Virus record (IMG/VR): IMGVR_UViG_3300021957_000042
Coordinates: 1-58,459 of that record
Strand: one strand, 5' to 3'
Source: a virus
Lineage: Duplodnaviria; Caudoviricetes
DNA: 58,459 nt
Under the pieces are notes generated by a model, which had not been told where the DNA came from, made no database searches, and saw nothing but the letters and a program-made list of their open reading frames with translations. Below are positions 46,277 through 55,200 of the stretch, one piece after another (the stretch's first letter is position 1; each line of letters opens with the position of its first letter). The position numbers and the translations under genes were made by a program.

Positions 46277-46955
46277 TGTTTTAGTTCTGTTTCTCAATGG
46301 ATGTTTATCGGGATTTCTAAGACCAGATGATGTAAGTTTAGACCAGAGAGCCTGGTTTGGTTGGGGAGAAGCGTCCGGTGTTTATCAAGAAGACAAATAT
46401 CAAATTGATGAAGGAACAAAAGGTATCACATACGAAGGTATGTATGAATATCAGGTAGATACACAAAAAAGTTCTTTTGAAAGAACAAGAGGTGTCTCAT
46501 TATTGAAAACTGATTTTATTGATACCTACGATGGTGCGGATGGTTCAACTCATAAAAATAATCTCACAATTCTTCATCCATTCACATATCATATTGGTTA
46601 CGGTAGAGGATATAAACTTTTCGACGAAACAAAATTTATAGTTTCTGGTGACCTCTTCGGTGGACTTGGTCTTGATGTTTTCAGCGGAGAAAAATCTTTT
46701 TCTGATGGTAGAGTAGATGAATATCCTCAAACATTTGGTCTTGACCTATTATATGGTATCGGTCTTCTCACGATCCTAGAAATTGAAGATGGATTAACAA
46801 TAGGCTGGCATCGTATGAATATGCAAAATAAAGTTCGTATGGATTTTGGAAATGATGCCGGATTTCTCACTCAATATAATTCAACTGTATTTTTCATTGG
46901 TTGGAAATATTCAGGTAAGTCGTGCATTGATACGGCTTATGTCAAATGCGACTAA
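46248..46955 (+). CDS. Lipoprotein with outer-membrane beta-barrel-like sequence
   Basis: LVLFLNGC lipobox; alternating G/aromatic strands; VFFIGWKY near the C-terminus. Confidence 0.6.
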   Translation: MKVKSIGVLSVLVLFLNGCLSGFLRPDDVSLDQRAWFGWGEASGVYQEDKYQIDEGTKGITYEGMYEYQVDTQKSSFERTRGVSLLKTDFIDTYDGADGSTHKNNLTILHPFTYHIGYGRGYKLFDETKFIVSGDLFGGLGLDVFSGEKSFSDGRVDEYPQTFGLDLLYGIGLLTILEIEDGLTIGWHRMNMQNKVRMDFGNDAGFLTQYNSTVFFIGWKYSGKSCIDTAYVKCD

Positions 46956-47104
46956 TATCATTAAATATTTTTATGTTAGCAATTATAGCTTTTATAGTAG
47001 CAGTTCTTTTTATTACAGATGCAAAGGATGAACAAACCGCTTATGATCGAAAAGTTCAAATTCAAAAAGAGTATAATACTGATCGGAATTCTAAGTATCC
47101 TTAG
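46946..47104 (+). CDS. Small membrane protein, 52 aa (not in ORF track)
   Basis: MRLISLNIFMLAIIAFIVAVLFITD TM segment. Confidence 0.45.
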   Translation: MRLISLNIFMLAIIAFIVAVLFITDAKDEQTAYDRKVQIQKEYNTDRNSKYP

Positions 47105-47513
47105 TTTTGCTCCAACAATTGCAAATAGTTCTTCTCATACAAGAATTGAATTACCAAAACTTCGGTTTGAAACATGTTTGCTTTATCCTGTTTGTTCTTT
47201 TTATATTTTAGATGAAAGTAAAAAGAGGGCAGCGATATCTGGATTTCATCATAATAAAATTGTAATACGAATTGAACCACTTGTACATATGTCTTATTTA
47301 CGACAATGTACAAAAGAGACTTTAGGTATTGGTGATTTTCGACAAGTTATATGGATTGACTTTGCAAAAAAAATGATGGAAGCTGAAAGTATTTCGGCAA
47401 GAGGTAAAAAATTTCGTGGTATGTTATTGGGTGATGTAATCATCGACAGTCATCGTTCACAAGATGTTGTGATTCGTTTAATTGCCGATTTTTGCTCTGC
47501 TGGAGGTGTTTAA
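47043..47513 (+). CDS. Exported degenerate thermonuclease paralog
   Basis: Signal peptide; aligns by eye with the 45845 protein (C-x5-C, QCTKE vs KCNKE, GKKFRG vs GKYFR) but lacks DGDT/IDTPE. Confidence 0.55.
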   Translation: MIEKFKFKKSIILIGILSILSFAPTIANSSSHTRIELPKLRFETCLLYPVCSFYILDESKKRAAISGFHHNKIVIRIEPLVHMSYLRQCTKETLGIGDFRQVIWIDFAKKMMEAESISARGKKFRGMLLGDVIIDSHRSQDVVIRLIADFCSAGGV

Positions 47514-47540
47514 TTTTGAAATTTTAAGAGCAGCTATTTT

Positions 47541-50500
47541 ATGAAGTATTTTTATATTTTATTCTTATCAATTATATCATTTACATTCACCAGTTGTGAA
47601 ATCTGTATCGGCCCAGTATGTGAGGGTCGAATTATCTATGATGACATTGAACTACCAAAAGATGATAATAGTGATTCCGGTGGTGGTTCCGGTAGTTCTG
47701 CGCCAGATCCTGTAACAGATTTATCTGCAACCTCACCTTATTCAAATCAAGTTGATCTCAGTTGGACTGCAATCACAGGTTCTGATAATTATACAATTCA
47801 TTTCAGTACAGATAATTCATCCTTTAGTGCAATAGTTCCTGATGTCACAGGAACTACCTACTCACATACTGGTAGAACCGCATCGACAACTTACTACTAT
47901 TATGTTATAGCAAACAATTCAACCGGTCCAAGTACACAATCAAACACGGCAAGTATCACTACCTCAGGCGCTCCAACTGTTACACTTACCGCAACTGCAT
48001 CCGTTGCTGAAGGAAATTCAGGCACAAAAAGTCAAACAATTACCGCAACACAAAGTGCCACATCAACTACAAACACAACAGTCAATCTCTCCACCTCAGG
48101 TACTGCTTCTGATAATGGCACTGACTACACCTTAGATAATTCAACAATTCTCATTACCGCAGGCTCGACAACAGGTACAACTTCTGTTACAATTGTTGGT
48201 GACCGTATTCAAGAAAACAATGAAACAATTGTTGTTGATATCGATAATGTTACTGGTGGTGATAACGCCACTGAAAGTGGTACACAACAAGAAACAATTA
48301 CGATCACAAATGATGACATTGCGGGCTTCAGTTTCACCATTTCAACAAACAACACGGTCACTGAATCAGGAGCAGGTGATAGTTTTGATGTTGAACTTGA
48401 TACAGAACCCACAGCAAATGTGACGGTCACAATTACCGATAATGATAGTAGTGAGATTTTAGTTTCACCTACCACACTTGTCTTCAGTTCTGGTAATTAT
48501 AGCACAGCACAAACGATCAATCTAACAGCAGTTGAAGATAATGCAACTGATGGTAATCAAACTGTAACAATCACGTTGGCTGGTAGTTCTGTTGATAGTT
48601 TTTACAATGGTGCTGCCGCACAAACAATAGCAACAGTGGTGGATTCAGGTAATGAACCACCAAGTGTTCCTGTTTCGAACTTATCAGCAACTGCTGTTTC
48701 AACAACACAAATTGATCTCAGTTGGTCGGCAAGTGCCAATACAGATAACTATACAGTTTACTTTAGCACAGACAATTCATCCTTCAGTGCGATTTCACCA
48801 GTAGTCACTAGTACATCTTATTCACATACAGGAATAACGCCAGGAACTACTTACTATTATTATCTGATTTCAAACAATGCTTATGGAGTGAGTGGTCAAT
48901 CAAATCGTGCCAATGATACAACGACCAGCATTCTTGTTGACTTATCAGCAGATATCACTTCAGTCACAGAAGGAGATACTGGTTCACAGACAATCACACT
49001 TACAGCAACTCAAAGCCAAACTGCTACAACAAATACCACTGTCACTTTGTCAGCTTCGACTGCTCCGGCTGATGCTGCTATATCAACGGGAACGGCAAAC
49101 ATTGATAAAGATTATGCTTTTGTTTCATCCACAATTACAATTACTGCCGGTTCTCTTACAGGCACAACTACTCTAAATGTATATGGTGATTATCTTGATG
49201 AAGATAATGAAACCATTTATATAAACATGTCAGGTGTTAGTGGTGGTGATGGTGCCTCAGAGAATGGAACACAAACGGCAAACATTTCAATTGTTGATGA
49301 TGATAATACAGAATTCAAATATAGCATTTTAGGAGGTGATAGTGTTGCTACAGAAGGCGGTTCTGGTATCACTTATTATATCACTTTGAATTTATATCTT
49401 GATTCAAGACCAGATGGAAATGTTTTAGTTGATTTCAGTTTAGAAGATTCAACACAACTCAGTTTGTTGGATGGACCAACATTGACGTTTACACCATCAA
49501 ATCATATGAACACACAAGTTGTTCGTGTTGCTGCTGTTGATGATCTATATGATGATGGTAACGTAACTTCGAAAGTTTATATTGATCCCAATGGCGGTAC
49601 TGCCGACACAACTGGCTACGCAAGTTTGTCACAGAAAAGTAAAAATATCACAGCAGAAGATAATGATGCGCCAGGTCCTGTGCTTGATAATGTCACCGCA
49701 GGCATTCAACAAAACTATATTTCTTGGCAAGCATTTGCTGGTGAAGATGGTGGCTATCGTTTGTATTATCGTACAACAGATGATCAACACACAGGTTCAG
49801 ATAGTTATATTACGATTGGTACAGGCATCACAGAATACTATCATAGCGGACTTGATAGTGGCCTAACCTATTATTATCGTGTAACTGCTTTTGTTTCTGC
49901 CGCAGAATCTTCAATGTCAAATTCTCTAAATGGTGTACCAACAACACCTTGGCCTGGTTGTACATCAACAGGACCTTCTGCTTCACCTTCAGATCCAACA
50001 CTTGAAGTTCATTATCCCTTTGAAAACAATGGTGAAGATTTGCTTGATAAAAATGCGAACAATGTGTATGACCTGACAAATGTTCATCCATCAAATACAA
50101 CTTTCAATTATGTTGCTGGTTGTGCTGGTGGTAAGGCACTCTATATTGATAGCACATCAGGTATTTACGCAACCAGTGCGTTTACAAGTTCAGCAGTTGG
50201 TGGGAATCTGAATTCTGGCAACTTCACAATTTCTTTCATGGCAGTTGCTGATGCGGATATGGAAACAAATAGTTCTGCTCTCAACACCGGATTCAAAGAC
50301 CTTCATTCACCTTTTGGAAGTTATGCTACAAAATCTCAATTTGATATTGGTAATTCAGATCAAATAAGATTTAGATCTCCTAGTTCAAACACGGGAGATC
50401 CTTCCGCACTAACTCAAAACACTTGGCATCATATTGTCGCAACATCAAATTCAGGACAAGATGCTGTTTTATATAAAGATGGTGTTGTAGTTGATTCGAC

Positions 50501-52172
50501 AAATACTGGAAATTTTGATGCTGATTTCTTTGGTTTAGCAATTGGTATAAACCGAGATGAAGGTTGGACAAATCGTTTCTGGAAAGGATACATTGATGAT
50601 GTCCGTGTTTATTCAGAAACAAAGTCTGTTGACCAAGTTCGAACCATTTGTATGGAATATGATGGCTGTTCATACATACCAGAAACACCAACACTCACCG
50701 CAACGGCAAGAGCAAGTTCAATCTACCTGTCTTGGAATTTGCCAACTGGAGCAGATAATGTTACAATCTATTGGCGAGAAAGTACTGGCTTTGAAGGTTC
50801 ACCAACCGCACCAACAGCAAGTAATAATGTGATCAATGCTGTTGATAATCAAACATCTTACTTTCTGGCGAACTTAGACGTTACAAATTATCATCATTTT
50901 GTCATTCTTGCAAACAATCGAAATGGTAGCAGTAGTCCAAGCTCAGTAGCAGCAACAGCAAATGTACAACCACTCAATGCTCGTTTTCGATCAACTTCGA
51001 TCAATGGTAACACTTTAGTATACATCAATCGAGATAATGAACTTTGGGTGCGAGGAAACAACTGGTCACCTTCTGAGGGCGGAAATGCTGAAATTTATTT
51101 CTCTCCAAGGAATAGCAATTTTGGTGAGCAAAATTCAGTTCATGCAGATAGTATTTCAAATGCTTCAGTGGTCGGTGCTGGTTCAAATAAGATTTCTGCT
51201 CTTTTAGATAATGGTAGTGTTTATCATTTTCACACAAATAATTCTTCCTTGTTCTGGGATAGTTATAATACTGAGACCACACCTACAAACATACCAGGTG
51301 GCACAACCATTGTTGATATGAGACATAGTTTAAAAGCAGTTTATTATTTGCTAAGTGACGGCACGATTCTTGCGAAAGGCAGAAATCATGTAGGTCAACT
51401 TGGAAATGGTACAACTACAGATGAAACTGGTTCAACAGGTGTGTTTGTTTCCGGGATCAATACAGCAACTCAAATTGCCGTTGGTATACAACATGCCTGT
51501 GCGTTGTTGTCGAATGGACAAGTATGGTGTTGGGGTGATGGAGATAAAGGTGAGCTTGGAGATGGATTAGATAGAGATTCTTCAACGCCTGTTCAAGTTT
51601 CTTTGCCTACGAATACTGCTACAATGATTGATGGTACTTATAATGATACATTTGCCTTGATGTCTGATGGGACTGTTTACGGTTGGGGCGAAAATCGTTC
51701 GGGTAAAATCAAGTGTTCAACCGATAATTCTCAAGTTCTCTCACCTGAACGTGTGTCTGGTCTATCAAACATAATTGATATTGCCGTTGGATATGAAACC
51801 GTTCATCTGTTAGAAGACGATGATAATGATGGACGTGGAACTCTGTACACCTGCGGTCGTGCCAACAAGAATTATGACCAAACTAACAATGCTGCCTTTC
51901 GTTTCTGGAATGATAATAATGGGGACATCAACTATATCTCCAGTTATAACGGTGTCGGAAACGCCATCAAAGCTGACGAATATAATAATCGTTTGATTCA
52001 GATTGATGGAGATCGATATTCACTTCTTCTAATTAGGGATGACCTCACACTGATGGGTATCGGTCAGTCACAACACAAGCAATTTTCTATCACTGATAAT
52101 AATGGCGCCAATCGAATGGTGATTTTTGATGATAATTTGCAACCGATTGAAAGTACAAATCCTATCGATTAG
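47541..52172 (+). CDS. Giant adhesin-like lipoprotein (FN3, Calx-beta/Ig, LamG, RCC1 repeats)
   Basis: FTSC lipobox; DLSW..TYYYYV FN3; EG..DE.NET Calx-beta; WHHIVAT/GYIDDVRVY LamG; HACAL..G.VWCWG RCC1. Confidence 0.85.
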   Translation: MKYFYILFLSIISFTFTSCEICIGPVCEGRIIYDDIELPKDDNSDSGGGSGSSAPDPVTDLSATSPYSNQVDLSWTAITGSDNYTIHFSTDNSSFSAIVPDVTGTTYSHTGRTASTTYYYYVIANNSTGPSTQSNTASITTSGAPTVTLTATASVAEGNSGTKSQTITATQSATSTTNTTVNLSTSGTASDNGTDYTLDNSTILITAGSTTGTTSVTIVGDRIQENNETIVVDIDNVTGGDNATESGTQQETITITNDDIAGFSFTISTNNTVTESGAGDSFDVELDTEPTANVTVTITDNDSSEILVSPTTLVFSSGNYSTAQTINLTAVEDNATDGNQTVTITLAGSSVDSFYNGAAAQTIATVVDSGNEPPSVPVSNLSATAVSTTQIDLSWSASANTDNYTVYFSTDNSSFSAISPVVTSTSYSHTGITPGTTYYYYLISNNAYGVSGQSNRANDTTTSILVDLSADITSVTEGDTGSQTITLTATQSQTATTNTTVTLSASTAPADAAISTGTANIDKDYAFVSSTITITAGSLTGTTTLNVYGDYLDEDNETIYINMSGVSGGDGASENGTQTANISIVDDDNTEFKYSILGGDSVATEGGSGITYYITLNLYLDSRPDGNVLVDFSLEDSTQLSLLDGPTLTFTPSNHMNTQVVRVAAVDDLYDDGNVTSKVYIDPNGGTADTTGYASLSQKSKNITAEDNDAPGPVLDNVTAGIQQNYISWQAFAGEDGGYRLYYRTTDDQHTGSDSYITIGTGITEYYHSGLDSGLTYYYRVTAFVSAAESSMSNSLNGVPTTPWPGCTSTGPSASPSDPTLEVHYPFENNGEDLLDKNANNVYDLTNVHPSNTTFNYVAGCAGGKALYIDSTSGIYATSAFTSSAVGGNLNSGNFTISFMAVADADMETNSSALNTGFKDLHSPFGSYATKSQFDIGNSDQIRFRSPSSNTGDPSALTQNTWHHIVATSNSGQDAVLYKDGVVVDSTNTGNFDADFFGLAIGINRDEGWTNRFWKGYIDDVRVYSETKSVDQVRTICMEYDGCSYIPETPTLTATARASSIYLSWNLPTGADNVTIYWRESTGFEGSPTAPTASNNVINAVDNQTSYFLANLDVTNYHHFVILANNRNGSSSPSSVAATANVQPLNARFRSTSINGNTLVYINRDNELWVRGNNWSPSEGGNAEIYFSPRNSNFGEQNSVHADSISNASVVGAGSNKISALLDNGSVYHFHTNNSSLFWDSYNTETTPTNIPGGTTIVDMRHSLKAVYYLLSDGTILAKGRNHVGQLGNGTTTDETGSTGVFVSGINTATQIAVGIQHACALLSNGQVWCWGDGDKGELGDGLDRDSSTPVQVSLPTNTATMIDGTYNDTFALMSDGTVYGWGENRSGKIKCSTDNSQVLSPERVSGLSNIIDIAVGYETVHLLEDDDNDGRGTLYTCGRANKNYDQTNNAAFRFWNDNNGDINYISSYNGVGNAIKADEYNNRLIQIDGDRYSLLLIRDDLTLMGIGQSQHKQFSITDNNGANRMVIFDDNLQPIESTNPID

Positions 52173-52175
52173 TTA

Positions 52176-52250
52176 TTGACATCTTATTGAATTTATGTTA
52201 CAATATTGAAACGAACAGGGAATATTTTACCCACTAACTAAATATGGGTA
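52176..52250 (+). promoter_or_regulatory. sigma70-type promoter plus late-type CTAAATA in a hairpin loop
   Basis: TTGACA(52176)-17 nt-TACAAT(52199); taccca-ctaaCTAAATA-tgggta. Confidence 0.6.
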
Positions 52251-52288
52251 TGACCTACTTTCACAAATTCATTCAATAGAGGTAACGC

Positions 52289-55200
52289 ATGAGAAGCTTG
52301 ATTGTTCTACTTTCACTCATTATGATCTCCTTTTCATTTATTAGTTGTGACCAACTTCCTGAAGAAGGTACTATTATCTATGACGTAGATTTTCCAAGAG
52401 CGGATTCTTGTGAAGCAACGGGAACTTGTAATTCTGGCGGTGGTGGCGGTGGTGGCGGTACTTATGTACCTCCTGTAATCACACCAGGAATCCCGAGTGT
52501 ACCATCAGGCGTCACAGTTGTCAATCCTACATTCACCGAAACAGAAGGAAACACACATACAGGAACAACAATAGTTCTTGATTCTGCTCCTTCAGGAACA
52601 GTGACAATCAGTTTTACTTCTGGTGATACCTCTGAAATTACAGTCAATAGTCCTTCATTGACATTCACTCCTGCCAATTACAGCACACCTCAAGTAATTG
52701 TCATGACTGCGGTAGAAGACTTCATCAACATTCCCACCGATTCAAATACAACTACTGGCATTGCCTTTAGTATCTCATCAACAAATACATCAGACCTCGT
52801 TCATGGAAGAATTGGAAATTTAGTAGGTTATGTTTTAGATTCAGGCAGAACACTCTTCACAATTGGCGGAGGAACACCAACAATACCTGAAGGTCAAAGT
52901 GATAATTCATCTTATACGTTTGTTCTGAATGATATGCCGAATGGTGTGGTCACCGTCACTCTTACTTCGACAGATACAAACGAAGTTCTCATAGGTTCGC
53001 CATTGGTTTTTACACCAGGGTCGTACAATGTTCCGCAGAATCTTTCCCTGACTGGAGTGGAGGATTACATAGTCGATGGACTTCAAGACACGAATATTAC
53101 AGTGACTTATACCAGTACCGACCCTACGGACATCCAAGATGGTGAAACAAATACTTTTATAGTCAATACAACAGATAGTGGTCAAAGTAGTGTTACTTTA
53201 GATGATGCGAATCCTTCTGTTGCTGAAGGTAGTTCTTATACAGGTACAATTGTTCTTGATGCGGCTCCAGCCGGAACAGTTACAATCACACTGACTTCTG
53301 ATGATGTAGGTGAAGCACAACTTGTACCAGATCCAACAGTCTTGACATTCACGCCCGTCAACTGGAATTCACCTCAGAATTATACTGTGAATGGTATTGA
53401 AGATTTAGAGATTGATGGTCCTGTTGAAACAAACATCAACATTGTGGCAAGTTCAACAGATCCAACAGATTCAATTCATGGCTTGAATACTTCGTTTACA
53501 ATGACCACAACTGATTCTGGCATTGATGGACCATACACAATCAATCCAACAACACCTTCAGTTACAGAAGGTACTACAGATAATATGACATTTGTTCTGA
53601 ATTATCCACCAACAGATACTGTAACAATCACGTTGACTTCAGGTGGCGCAGATGAAGCAGGTATTTCACCCACAACATTGACATTCACACCTGTCAATTG
53701 GAATTCACCTCAAACAGTGATTGTAACAGGTGTTGAAGATTTTGTAGTTGATAATGATCAATTAACTGCAATCACAACAACAATTTCTTCGAATGATTCA
53801 GTTTACGATAATTCAACAGGCTATTTCAATATCACAACAGTAGATAGTGGAAGAGGTCCTACTTCTATCACAAGTGCTGTAGCGGGAGATCAACAAGTCA
53901 CGCTCAACTGGAGTGGTCCAACTGGAATGGATGGCTATGTAATTTATTATACAAATGATGGTTCAACACCAACACTCGCAAGTGATAATGTTTCAGGTAT
54001 TTCTGGTACAGTCACATCTTATGTTCATAGTGGCCTGACCTCTGGCTTGACATACACTTATCGAATTGTTGCCAATTTAGGTTCTGATTCTTCTGGTCTT
54101 TCACCAACAGTCTCGGCAAATCTAAAACCAGCAACTCCTACTGGGCTGACTGCAACAAACCCTGGCAGTGGCACATCCATCAATCTGACTTGGAATGCTT
54201 CCACTGGTGCTGACAACTACACCGTTTACTGGACTGATGATCCAAGCACACCAATCGATCCATCCAATCCTGCTACTTATGATGGCTCCACTACTGTCAC
54301 GGGAACCTCTACAACTGCTACAGGCTTGACAGCCGGAACGCCTTATGACTTCACAATAGTTGCCACAAATAACACTGCTGGCAGTAGTCCTCCTGCTACT
54401 GAAGTCAATGCCACCCCGACTCTGATAATGCCAGCAGCCATCGATAATGTGACTGCCTATCACGGATTCTATGGTGATGCGACAATCTACACGGCTAGTA
54501 ACCCAGATAGATATTCTATTTTCCCTCCTTCATATGCCATAACATGGAATGCTCACCCTGACTTTGTTTATTCTGCCAATGGAGATTATTACAAAGTTTT
54601 TATCTCAGATAATTTGAGTCAACCCATTGATCCAACAGACAGTAGCACTTATATCAGTCAACAATGGGCTACAACGAATCAAACGGTTATTACAACTCGC
54701 CCCTTCATCACAATCGATGGCGTCACTCATAATGATGGCTTCTTGGAGAATACACCTCTAAGAATTGCTGTGGTTTTTGAGGATTATTCAAAAGGACGCA
54801 TTCTATCACCAGTAACAGAGGTCACACCAACAATGGCTTCTGAAGCCTATCGTCAATGGGGTGACCTAAGAATTCATGGTGGCTTCTTTGCGGCTGGTGA
54901 TAACAGCACACTCTATGGCTTTGGACGTTCTAATGGTAGTGACCCTATTCGCATTGAACACAAAGATATGGTCAATGTAGGTGAACGAGCAATCTTTGAT
55001 GGTGCTTGGCTCAACAGTGATGTCTTTCCCCTGATGAGTAATTCTGCTGGCTATGATTATATGTTTTTGACTTGGTACCAACCCGAAAAACCATTTTTTA
55101 ACCACAACTTCTCTACTAACGGAACATACTTTAAGAGATCCCGCACCTCTGATTGGCGGCTTGAATCAAACGCAATTTCAGCAGGTAGCGCAGTGGGAGA

